Shown in pieces: positions 37,536 through 50,445 of a stretch of DNA of 64,000 bases (position 1 is its first letter; the number at the start of each line of letters is the position of its first letter). The DNA lies in assembly GCF_009914755.1 (NCBI RefSeq), contig NC_060937.1; one strand, given 5' to 3'. Under the pieces are notes generated by a model, which ran no database searches, had not been told where the DNA came from, and saw only the letters and a list, made by a program, of their open reading frames with translations. The translations under genes and the position numbers were made by a program. The stretch comes from the human T2T-CHM13v2.0 reference genome, Homo sapiens.

Positions 37536-39915
37536 TCAAAGCGCTCCAAATGTCCACATCCAGATACTCCAGAAAGAGTGTTTCAAACCTGCTCTATGAA
37601 AGGGAATCTTCAACTCTATGAGTTGAATGCAGACATCAGAAAGAAATTTCTGAGAATGCTGCTGTCTACCTTTTATTTGAATTCCCGCTTCCAACGAAAT
37701 CCTCCAAGCTATCCAAATATCCACTTGCAGATTCCACAAAAAGAGTGTTTCAAAACTGCTCTCTATCAATGGCAAAGTTCAACTCTGTTAGTTGAGGACA
37801 CATATCACCAACAAGTTTCTGAGAATGCTTCTGTCTATTTTTTATGGGAAGATATTTCCTTTTTCACCGTAGGCGTCAAGGCGATCGAAATGTCCACTTC
37901 CACAAACTACAAAAAGAGTGTTTCAAACCTGCTCTATGAAAGGCCATGTTCATCTCTATGAGTCGAATGGAAATATCCGAAAGAAATTTCTGGGAATGCT
38001 GCTGTCTAGTTTTTATACGAATTCCCGCTTCCAACGAAATCCTCAAAGCAATCCAAATATCCACTTGCAGAATCCACAAAAAGAGTGTTTCAAAACTGCT
38101 CTATCAATAGAAAGGTTCAACTCTTTTAGTTGAGTACACACATCACAAACAAGTTTCTGAGAATGCTTCTGTCTGGCTTTTATTGGAAGACGTTTCCTTT
38201 TCACCAAAGGCATCAAAGCGCTCCAAATGTCCACTTCCAGATTCTTCCAAAAGAGTGTTTGAAACGTGCTCAAAGTAAGGGAATGTTCAACTCTGTGACT
38301 TGAATGCAGATATCACCAAGTAGTTTCTAATAGTGCTTCTGTCTAGATTTTAGATGATGATATTCCCGTTTCCAACGAAATCGTTAGAGCTATCCAAATA
38401 TCCACTTACAGTTGCTACAAAAACAGTGTTTCCAAACTGCTGCATCAAAAGAAAGGTTCAACTCTGTTAGTTGAGGTCACACGTCACAAAGAAGTTTGTG
38501 AGAATGCTTCTGTCTAGATTTTGTATGACGATATTCCCTTTTCCAACGATATCGTTAAAGCAATCTAAATATCCATTTGCAGAATCCACAAAAATAGAGT
38601 TTCAAAGCTGCTCTGTAAAAAGAAAGGTTCCACTCTGTTAGCTGAGTACACACATCACAAACTTGTTTCTCAGAATCCTTCTGTCTCGTTTTTATGGGAA
38701 GATATTTACTTTTTCACCGTAGGCATCAAAGCGCTCCAAATGTCCACATCCAGATACTCCAGAAAGAGTGTTTCAAACCTGCTCTATGAAAGGGAATCTT
38801 CAACTCTATGAGTTGAATGCAGACATCAGAAAGAAATTTCTGAGAATGCTGCTGTCTACCTTTTATTTGAATTCCCGCTTCCAACGAAATCCTCCAAGCT
38901 ATCCAAATATCCACTTGCAGATTCCACAAAAAGAGTGTTTCAAAACTGCTCTCTATCAATGGCAAAGTTCAACTCTGTTAGTTGAGGACACATATCACCA
39001 ACAAGTTTCTGAGAATGCTTCTGTCTATTTTTTATGGGAAGATATTTCCTTTTTCACCGTAGGCGTCAAGGCGATCGAAATGTCCACTTCCACAAACTAC
39101 AAAAAGAGTGTTTCAAACCTGCTCTATGAAAGGCCATGTTCATCTCTATGAGTCGAATGGAAATATCCGAAAGAAATTTCTGGGAATGCTGCTGTCTAGT
39201 TTTTATACGAATTCCCGCTTCCAACGAAATCCTCAAAGCAATCCAAATATCCACTTGCAGAATCCACAAAAAGAGTGTTTCAAAACTGCTCTATCAATAG
39301 AAAGGTTCAACTCTTTTAGTTGAGTACACACATCACAAACAAGTTTCTGAGAATGCTTCTGTCTGGCTTTTATTGGAAGACGTTTCCTTTTCACCAAAGG
39401 CATCAAAGCGCTCCAAATGTCCACTTCCAGATTCTTCCAAAAGAGTGTTTGAAACGTGCTCAAAGTAAGGGAATGTTCAACTCTGTGACTTGAATGCAGA
39501 TATCACCAAGTAGTTTCTAATAGTGCTTCTGTCTAGATTTTAGATGATGATATTCCCGTTTCCAACGAAATCGTTAGAGCTATCCAAATATCCACTTACA
39601 GTTTCTACAAAAAGAGTGTTTCCAAACTGCTGCATCAAAAGAAAGGTTCAACTCTGTTAGTTGAGGACACACATCACAAAGAAGTTTGTGAGAATGCTTC
39701 TGTCTAGATTTTGTATGACCATATTCCCTTTCCCAGCGATATCATTAAAGCAATCTAAATATCCATTTGCAGAATCCACAAAAATAGAGTTTCAAAGCTG
39801 CTCTGTAAAAAGAAAGGTTCCACTCTGTTAGCTGAGTACACACATCACAAACTTGTTTCTGAGAATCCTTCTGTCTCGTTTTTATGGGAAGATATTTACT
39901 TTTTCACCGTAGGCA

Positions 39916-40593
39916 TCAAAGCGCTCCAAATGTCCACATCCAGATACTCCAGAAAGAGTGTTTCAAACCTGCTCTATGAAAGGGAATCTTCAACTCTATG
40001 AGTTGAATGCAGACATCAGAAAGAAATTTCTGAGAATGCTGCTGTCTACCTTTTATTTGAACTCCCGCTTCCAACGAAATCCTCCAAGCTATCCAAATAT
40101 CCACTTGCATTTTCCACAAAAAGAGTGCTTCAAAACTGCTCTATCAATAAATGTTCAACTCCTTTAGCTGGGTGCACACATCACAAACAAGTTTCTGAGA
40201 ATGCTTCTGTCTAGTTTTTATGGGAAGACATTCCCTTTTTCACCAAAGGCATCAAAGCGCTCCAAATGTCCACTTCCAGACACTACAAAAAGAGTGTTTC
40301 CAACGTGCTCTAAGAAAGCGAATGTTCAACTCTGTGACTTGAATGCAGATATCACAAAGTAGTTTCTGAGAGGGCTTCTGTCTAGATTTTAGATGATGAT
40401 ATTCCCGTTTCCAACGAAATCATTAGAGCTATCCAAATATCCACTTACAGTTTCTACAAAAAGAGTGTTTCCAAACTGCTGCATCAAAAGAGAGGTTCCA
40501 CTCTGTTAGCTGAGTACACACATCACAAACTTGTTTCTCAGAATCCTTCTGTCTCGTTTTTCTGGGAAGATATTTACTTTTTCACCGTAGGCA
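39916..40593 (-). repeat. 4-mer block, haplotype B (678 bp)
   Basis: Haplotype B markers. Confidence 0.9.
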
Positions 40594-43500
40594 TCAAAGC
40601 GCTCCAAATGTCCACATCCAGATACTCCAGAAAGAGTGTTTCAAACCTGCTCTATGAAAGGGAATCTTCAACTCTATGAGTTGAATGCAGACATCAGAAA
40701 GAAATTTCTGAGAATGCTGCTGTCTACCTTTTATTTGAATTCCCGCTTCCAACGAAATCCTCCAAGCTATCCAAATATCCACTTGCAGATTCCACAAAAA
40801 GAGTGTTTCAAAACTGCTCTCTATCAATGGCAAAGTTCAACTCTGTTAGTTGAGGACACATATCACCAACAAGTTTCTGAGAATGCTTCTGTCTATTTTT
40901 TATGGGAAGATATTTCCTTTTTCACCGTAGGCGTCAAGGCGATCGAAATGTCCACTTCCACAAACTACAAAAAGAGTGTTTCAAACCTGCTCTATGAAAG
41001 GCCATGTTCATCTCTATGAGTCGAATGGAAATATCCGAAAGAAATTTCTGGGAATGCTGCTGTCTAGTTTTTATACGAATTCCCGCTTCCAACGAAATCC
41101 TCAAAGCAATCCAAATATCCACTTGCAGAATCCACAAAAAGAGTGTTTCAAAACTGCTCTATCAATAGAAAGGTTCAACTCTTTTAGTTGAGTACACACA
41201 TCACAAACAAGTTTCTGAGAATGCTTCTGTCTGGCTTTTATTGGAAGACGTTTCCTTTTCACCAAAGGCATCAAAGCGCTCCAAATGTCCACTTCCAGAT
41301 TCTTCCAAAAGAGTGTTTGAAACGTGCTCAAAGTAAGGGAATGTTAAACTCTGTGACTTGAATGCAGATATCACCAAGTAGTTTCTAATAGTGCTTCTGT
41401 CTAGATTTTAGATGATGATATTCCCGTTTCCAACGAAATCGTTAGAGCTATCCAAATATCCACTTACAGTTGCTACAAAAACAGTGTTTCCAAACTGCTG
41501 CATCAAAAGAAAGGTTCAACTCTGTTAGTTGAGGTCACACGTCACAAAGAAGTTTGTGAGAATGCTTCTGTCTAGATTTTGTATGACGATATTCCCTTTT
41601 CCAACGATATCGTTAAAGCAATCTAAATATCCATTTGCAGAATCCACAAAAATAGAGTTTCAAAGCTGCTCTGTAAAAAGAAAGGTTCCACTCTGTTAGC
41701 TGAGTACACACATCACAAACTTGTTTCTCAGAATCCTTCTGTCTCGTTTTTATGGGAAGATATTTACTTTTTCACCGTAGGCATCAAAGCGCTCCAAATG
41801 TCCACATCCAGATACTCCAGAAAGAGTGTTTCAAACCTGCTCTATGAAAGGGAATCTTCAACTCTATGAGTTGAATGCAGACATCAGAAAGAAATTTCTG
41901 AGAATGCTGCTGTCTACCTTTTATTTGAATTCCCGCTTCCAACGAAATCCTCCAAGCTATCCAAATATCCACTTGCAGATTCCACAAAAAGAGTGTTTCA
42001 AAACTGCTCTCTATCAATGGCAAAGTTCAACTCTGTTAGTTGAGGACACATATCACCAACAAGTTTCTGAGAATGCTTCTGTCTATTTTTTATGGGAAGA
42101 TATTTCCTTTTTCACCGTAGGCGTCAAGGCGATCGAAATGTCCACTTCCACAAACTACAAAAAGAGTGTTTCAAACCTGCTCTATGAAAGGCCATGTTCA
42201 TCTCTATGAGTCGAATGGAAATATCCGAAAGAAATTTCTGGGAATGCTGCTGTCTAGTTTTTATACGAATTCCCGCTTCCAACGAAATCCTCAAAGCAAT
42301 CCAAATATCCACTTGCAGAATCCACAAAAAGAGTGTTTCAAAACTGCTCTATCAATAGAAAGGTTCAACTCTTTTAGTTGAGTACACACATCACAAACAA
42401 GTTTCTGAGAATGCTTCTGTCTGGCTTTTATTGGAAGACGTTTCCTTTTCACCAAAGGCATCAAAGCGCTCCAAATGTCCACTTCCAGATTCTTCCAAAA
42501 GAGTGTTTGAAACGTGCTCAAAGTAAGGGAATGTTCAACTCTGTGACTTGAATGCAGATATCACCAAGTAGTTTCTAATAGTGCTTCTGTCTAGATTTTA
42601 GATGATGATATTCCCGTTTCCAACGAAATCGTTAGAGCTATCCAAATATCCACTTACAGTTGCTACAAAAACAGTGTTTCCAAACTGCTGCATCAAAAGA
42701 AAGGTTCAACTCTGTTAGTTGAGGACACACGTCACAAAGAAGTTTGTGAGAATGCTTCTGTCTAGATTTTGTATGACGATATTCCCTTTTCCAACGATAT
42801 CGTTAAAGCAATCTAAATATCCATTTGCAGAATCCACAAAAATAGAGTTTCAAAGCTGCTCTGTAAAAAGAAAGGTTCCACTCTGTTAGCTGAGTACACA
42901 CATCACAAACTTGTTTCTCAGAATCCTTCTGTCTCGTTTTTATGGGAAGATATTTACTTTTTCACCGTAGGCATCAAAGCGCTCCAAATGTCCACATCCA
43001 GATACTCCAGAAAGAGTGTTTCAAACCTGCTCTATGAAAGGGAATCTTCAACTCTATGAGTTGAATGCAGACATCAGAAAGAAATTTCTGAGAATGCTGC
43101 TGTCTACCTTTTATTTGAATTCCCGCTTCCAACGAAATCCTCCAAGCTATCCAAATATCCACTTGCAGATTCCACAAAAAGAGTGTTTCAAAACTGCTCT
43201 CTATCAATGGCAAAGTTCAACTCTGTTAGTTGAGGACACATATCACCAACAAGTTTCTGAGAATGCTTCTGTCTATTTTTTATGGGAAGATATTTCCTTT
43301 TTCACCGTAGGCGTCAAGGCGATCGAAATGTCCACTTCCACAAACTACAAAAAGAGTGTTTCAAACCTGCTCTATGAAAGGCCATGTTCATCTCTATGAG
43401 TCGAATGGAAATATCCGAAAGAAATTTCTGGGAATGCTGCTGTCTAGTTTTTATACGAATTCCCGCTTCCAACGAAATCCTCAAAGCAATCCAAATATCC

Positions 43501-44163
43501 ACTTGCAGAATCCACAAAAAGAGTGTTTCAAAACTGCTCTATCAATAGAAAGGTTCAACTCTTTTAGTTGAGTACACACATCACAAACAAGTTTCTGAGA
43601 ATGCTTCTGTCTGGCTTTTATTGGAAGACGTTTCCTTTTCACCAAAGGCATCAAAGCGCTCCAAATGTCCACTTCCAGATTCTTCCAAAAGAGTGTTTCA
43701 AACGTGCTCAAAGTAAGGGAATGTTCAACTCTGTGACTTGAATGCAGATATCACCAAGTAGTTTCTAATAGTGCTTCTGTCTAGATTTTAGATGATGATA
43801 TTCCCGTTTCCAACGAAATCGTTAGAGCTATCCAAATATCCACTTACAGTTTCTACAAAAAGAGTGTTTCCAAACTGCTGCATCAAAAGAAAGGTTCAAC
43901 TCTGTTAGTTGAGGACACACATCACAAAGAAGTTTGTGAGAATGCTTCTGTCTAGATTTTGTATGACCATATTCCCTTTTCCAGCGATATCATTAAAGCA
44001 ATCTAAATATCCATTTGCAGAATCCACAAAAATAGAGTTTCAAAGCTGCTCTGTAAAAAGAAAGGTTCCACTCTGTTAGCTGAGTACACACATCACAAAC
44101 TTGTTTCTGAGAATCCTTCTGTCTCGTTTTTATGGGAAGATATTTACTTTTTCACCGTAGGCA

Positions 44164-44841
44164 TCAAAGCGCTCCAAATGTCCACATCCAGATACTCCAG
44201 AAAGAGTGTTTCAAACCTGCTCTATGAAAGGGAATCTTCAACTCTATGAGTTGAATGCAGACATCAGAAAGAAATTTCTGAGAATGCTGCTGTCTACCTT
44301 TTATTTGAACTCCCGCTTCCAACGAAATCCTCCAAGCTATCCAAATATCCACTTGCATTTTCCACAAAAAGAGTGCTTCAAAACTGCTCTATCAATAAAT
44401 GTTCAACTCCTTTAGCTGGGTGCACACATCACAAACAAGTTTCTGAGAATGCTTCTGTCTAGTTTTTATGGGAAGACATTCCCTTTTTCACCAAAGGCAT
44501 CAAAGCGCTCCAAATGTCCACTTCCAGACACTACAAAAAGAGTGTTTCCAACGTGCTCTAAGAAAGCGAATGTTCAACTCTGTGACTTGAATGCAGATAT
44601 CACAAAGTAGTTTCTGAGAGGGCTTCTGTCTAGATTTTAGATGATGATATTCCCGTTTCCAACGAAATCATTAGAGCTATCCAAATATCCACTTACAGTT
44701 TCTACAAAAAGAGTGTTTCCAAACTGCTGCATCAAAAGAGAGGTTCCACTCTGTTAGCTGAGTACACACATCACAAACTTGTTTCTGAGAATCCTTCTGT
44801 GTCGTTTTTATGGGAAGATATTTACTTTTTCACCGTAGGCA
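44164..44841 (-). repeat. 4-mer block, haplotype B (678 bp)
   Basis: Haplotype B markers; ends with the ctgagaatccttctgtgtcg variant. Confidence 0.9.
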
Positions 44842-46031
44842 TCAAAGCGCTCCAAATGTCCACATCCAGATACTCCAGAAAGAGTGTTTCAAACCTGCTC
44901 TATGAAAGGGAATCTTCAACTCTATGAGTTGAATGCAGACATCAGAAAGAAATTTCTGAGAATGCTGCTGTCTACCTTTTATTTGAATTCCCGCTTCCAA
45001 CGAAATCCTCCAAGCTATCCAAATATCCACTTGCAGATTCCACAAAAAGAGTGTTTCAAAACTGCTCTCTATCAATGGCAAAGTTCAACTCTGTTAGTTG
45101 AGGACACATATCACCAACAAGTTTCTGAGAATGCTTCTGTCTATTTTTTATGGGAAGATATTTCCTTTTTCACCGTAGGCGTCAAGGCGATCGAAATGTC
45201 CACTTCCACAAACTACAAAAAGAGTGTTTCAAACCTGCTCTATGAAAGGCCATGTTCATCTCTATGAGTCGAATGGAAATATCCGAAAGAAATTTCTGGG
45301 AATGCTGCTGTCTAGTTTTTATACGAATTCCCGCTTCCAACGAAATCCTCAAAGCAATCCAAATATCCACTTGCAGAATCCACAAAAAGAGTGTTTCAAA
45401 ACTGCTCTATCAATAGAAAGGTTCAACTCTTTTAGTTGAGTACACACATCACAAACAAGTTTCTGAGAATGCTTCTGTCTGGCTTTTATTGGAAGACGTT
45501 TCCTTTTCACCAAAGGCATCAAAGCGCTCCAAATGTCCACTTCCAGATTCTTCCAAAAGAGTGTTTGAAACGTGCTCAAAGTAAGGGAATGTTCAACTCT
45601 GTGACTTGAATGCAGATATCACCAAGTAGTTTCTAATAGTGCTTCTGTCTAGATTTTAGATGATGATATTCCCGTTTCCAACGAAATCGTTAGAGCTATC
45701 CAAATATCCACTTACAGTTGCTACAAAAACAGTGTTTCCAAACTGCTGCATCAAAAGAAAGGTTCAACTCTGTTAGTTGAGGACACACATCACAAAGAAG
45801 TTTGTGAGAATGCTTCTGTCTAGATTTTGTATGACCATATTCCCTTTTCCAGCGATATCATTAAAGCAATCTAAATATCCATTTGCAGAATCCACAAAAA
45901 TAGAGTTTCAAAGCTGCTCTGTAAAAAGAAAGGTTCCACTCTGTTAGCTGAGTACACACATCACAAACTTGTTTCTCAGAATCCTTCTGTCTCGTTTTTA
46001 TGGGAAGATATTTACTTTTTCACCGTAGGCA

Positions 46032-46711
46032 TCAAAGCGCTCCAAATGTCCACATCCAGATACTCCAGAAAGAGTGTTTCAAACCTGCTCTATGAAAGGG
46101 AATCTTCAACTCTATGAGTTGAATGCAGACATCAGAAAGAAATTTCTGAGAATGCTGCTGTCTACCTTTTATTTGAATTCCCGCTTCCAACGAAATCCTC
46201 CAAGCTATCCAAATATCCACCTGCATTTTCCACAAAAAGAGCGTTTCAAAACTGCTCTATCAATAGAAATGTTCAACTCCTTTGGCTGGGTACACACATC
46301 ACAAACAAGTTTCTGAGAATGCTTCTGTCTAGTTTTTATGGGAAGACATTCCCTTTTTCACCAAAGGCATCAAAGCGCTCCAAATGTCCACTTCCAGACA
46401 CTACAAAAAGAGTGTTTCCAACGTGCTCTAAGAAAGCGAATGTTCAACTCTGTGACTTGAATGCAGATATCACAAAGTAGTTTCTGAGAGGGCTTCTGTC
46501 TAGATTTTAGATGATGATATTCCCGTTTCCAACGAAATCATTAGAGCTATCCAAATATCCACTTACAGTTTCTACAAAAAGAGTGTTTCCAAACTGCTGC
46601 ATCAAAAGAGAGGTTCCACTCTGTTAGCTGAGTACACACATCACAAACTTGTTTCTCAGAATCCTTCTGTCTCGTTTTTCTGGGAAGATATTTACTTTTT
46701 CACCGTAGGCA
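46032..46711 (-). repeat. 4-mer block, haplotype A (680 bp)
   Basis: Haplotype A markers. Confidence 0.9.
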
Positions 46712-47901
46712 TCAAAGCGCTCCAAATGTCCACATCCAGATACTCCAGAAAGAGTGTTTCAAACCTGCTCTATGAAAGGGAATCTTCAACTCTATGAGTT
46801 GAATGCAGACATCAGAAAGAAATTTCTGAGAATGCTGCTGTCTACCTTTTATTTGAATTCCCGCTTCCAACGAAATCCTCCAAGCTATCCAAATATCCAC
46901 TTGCAGATTCCACAAAAAGAGTGTTTCAAAACTGCTCTCTATCAATGGCAAAGTTCAACTCTGTTAGTTGAGGACACATATCACCAACAAGTTTCTGAGA
47001 ATGCTTCTGTCTATTTTTTATGGGAAGATATTTCCTTTTTCACCGTAGGCGTCAAGGCGATCGAAATGTCCACTTCCACAAACTACAAAAAGAGTGTTTC
47101 AAACCTGCTCTATGAAAGGCCATGTTCATCTCTATGAGTCGAATGGAAATATCCGAAAGAAATTTCTGGGAATGCTGCTGTCTAGTTTTTATACGAATTC
47201 CCGCTTCCAACGAAATCCTCAAAGCAATCCAAATATCCACTTGCAGAATCCACAAAAAGAGTGTTTCAAAACTGCTCTATCAATAGAAAGGTTCAACTCT
47301 TTTAGTTGAGTACACACATCACAAACAAGTTTCTGAGAATGCTTCTGTCTGGCTTTTATTGGAAGACGTTTCCTTTTCACCAAAGGCATCAAAGCGCTCC
47401 AAATGTCCACTTCCAGATTCTTCCAAAAGAGTGTTTGAAACGTGCTCAAAGTAAGGGAATGTTCAACTCTGTGACTTGAATGCAGATATCACCAAGTAGT
47501 TTCTAATAGTGCTTCTGTCTAGATTTTAGATGATGATATTCCCGTTTCCAACGAAATCGTTAGAGCTATCCAAATATCCACTTACAGTTGCTACAAAAAG
47601 AGTGTTTCCAAACTGCTGCATCAAAAGAAAGGTTCAACTCTGTTAGTTGAGGACACACATCACAAAGAAGTTTGTGAGAATGCTTCTGTCTAGATTTTGT
47701 ATGACCATATTCCCTTTTCCAGCGATATCATTAAAGCAATCTAAATATCCATTTGCAGAATCCACAAAAATAGAGTTTCAAAGCTGCTCTGTAAAAAGAA
47801 AGGTTCCACTCTGTTAGCTGAGTACACACATCACAAACTTGTTTCTCAGAATCCTTCTGTCTCGTTTTTATGGGAAGATATTTACTTTTTCACCGTAGGC
47901 A

Positions 47902-48577
47902 TCAAAGCGCTCCAAATGTCCACATCCAGATACTCCAGAGTGTTTCAAACCTGCTCTATGAAAGGGAATCTTCAACTCTATGAGTTGAATGCAGACATCA
48001 GAAAGAAATTTCTGAGAATGCTGCTGTCTACCTTTTATTTGAATTCCCGCTTCCAACGAAATCCTCCAAGCTATCCAAATATCCACCTGCATTTTCCACA
48101 AAAAGAGCGTTTCAAAACTGCTCTATCAATAGAAATGTTCAACTCCTTTGGCTGGGTACACACATCACAAACAAGTTTCTGAGAATGCTTCTGTCTAGTT
48201 TTTATGGGAAGACATTCCCTTTTTCACCAAAGGCATCAAAGCGCTCCAAATGTCCACTTCCAGACACTACAAAAAGAGTGTTTCCAACGTGCTCTAAGAA
48301 AGCGAATGTTCAACTCTGTGACTTGAATGCAGATATCACAAAGTAGTTTCTGAGAGGGCTTCTGTCTAGATTTTAGATGATGATATTCCCGTTTCCAACG
48401 AAATCATTAGAGCTATCCAAATATCCACTTACAGTTTCTACAAAAAGAGTGTTTCCAAACTGCTGCATCAAAAGAGAGGTTCCACTCTGTTAGCTGAGTA
48501 CACACATCACAAACTTGTTTCTCAGAATCCTTCTGTCTCGTTTTTCTGGGAAGATATTTACTTTTTCACCGTAGGCA
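47902..48577 (-). repeat. 4-mer block, haplotype A with 4-bp deletion (676 bp)
   Basis: Haplotype A markers; ccagaaagagtg>ccagagtg near 47938. Confidence 0.9.
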
Positions 48578-49767
48578 TCAAAGCGCTCCAAATGTCCACA
48601 TCCAGATACTCCAGAAAGAGTGTTTCAAACCTGCTCTATGAAAGGGAATCTTCAACTCTATGAGTTGAATGCAGACATCAGAAAGAAATTTCTGAGAATG
48701 CTGCTGTCTACCTTTTATTTGAATTCCCGCTTCCAACGAAATCCTCCAAGCTATCCAAATATCCACTTGCAGATTCCACAAAAAGAGTGTTTCAAAACTG
48801 CTCTCTATCAATGGCAAAGTTCAACTCTGTTAGTTGAGGACACATATCACCAACAAGTTTCTGAGAATGCTTCTGTCTATTTTTTATGGGAAGATATTTC
48901 CTTTTTCACCGTAGGCGTCAAGGCGATCGAAATGTCCACTTCCACAAACTACAAAAAGAGTGTTTCAAACCTGCTCTATGAAAGGCCATGTTCATCTCTA
49001 TGAGTCGAATGGAAATATCCGAAAGAAATTTCTGGGAATGCTGCTGTCTAGTTTTTATACGAATTCCCGCTTCCAACGAAATCCTCAAAGCAATCCAAAT
49101 ATCCACTTGCAGAATCCACAAAAAGAGTGTTTCAAAACTGCTCTATCAATAGAAAGGTTCAACTCTTTTAGTTGAGTACACACATCACAAACAAGTTTCT
49201 GAGAATGCTTCTGTCTGGCTTTTATTGGAAGACGTTTCCTTTTCACCAAAGGCATCAAAGCGCTCCAAATGTCCACTTCCAGATTCTTCCAAAAGAGTGT
49301 TTGAAACGTGCTCAAAGTAAGGGAATGTTAAACTCTGTGACTTGAATGCAGATATCACCAAGTAGTTTCTAATAGTGCTTCTGTCTAGATTTTAGATGAT
49401 GATATTCCCGTTTCCAACGAAATCGTTAGAGCTATCCAAATATCCACTTACAGTTGCTACAAAAACAGTGTTTCCAAACTGCTGCATCAAAAGAAAGGTT
49501 CAACTCTGTTAGTTGAGGACACACATCACAAAGAAGTTTGTGAGAATGCTTCTGTCTAGATTTTGTATGACCATATTCCCTTTTCCAGCGATATCATTAA
49601 AGCAATCTAAATATCCATTTGCAGAATCCACAAAAATAGGGTTTCAAAGCTGCTCTGTAAAAAGAAAGGTTCCACTCTGTTAGCTGAGTACACACATCAC
49701 AAACTTGTTTCTGAGAATCCTTCTGTCTCGTTTTTATGGGAAGATATTTACTTTTTCACCGTAGGCA

Positions 49768-50445
49768 TCAAAGCGCTCCAAATGTCCACATCCAGATACT
49801 CCAGAAAGAGTGTTTCAAACCTGCTCTATGAAAGGGAATCTTCAACTCTATGAGTTGAATGCAGACATCAGAAAGAAATTTCTGAGAATGCTGCTGTCTA
49901 CCTTTTATTTGAACTCCCGCTTCCAACGAAATCCTCCAAGCTATCCAAATATCCACTTGCATTTTCCACAAAAAGAGTGCTTCAAAACTGCTCTATCAAT
50001 AAATGTTCAACTCCTTTAGCTGGGTGCACACATCACAAACAAGTTTCTGAGAATGCTTCTGTCTGGTTTTTATGGGAAGACATTCCCTTTTTCACCAAAG
50101 GCATCAAAGCGCTCCAAATGTCCACTTCCAGACACTACAAAAAGAGTGTTTCCAACGTGCTCTAAGAAAGCGAATGTTCAACTCTGTGACTTGAATGCAG
50201 ATATCACAAAGTAGTTTCTGAGAGGGCTTCTGTCTAGATTTTAGATGATGATATTCCCGTTTCCAACGAAATCATTAGAGCTATCCAAATATCCACTTAC
50301 AGTTTCTACAAAAAGAGTGTTTCCAAACTGCTGCATCAAAAGAGAGGTTCCACTCTGTTAGCTGAGTACACACATCACAAACTTGTTTCTCAGAATCCTT
50401 CTGTCTCGTTTTTCTGGGAAGATATTTACTTTTTCACCGTAGGCA
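49768..50445 (-). repeat. 4-mer block, haplotype B' (678 bp)
   Basis: Haplotype B markers plus tctagtttt>tctggtttt. Confidence 0.9.
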
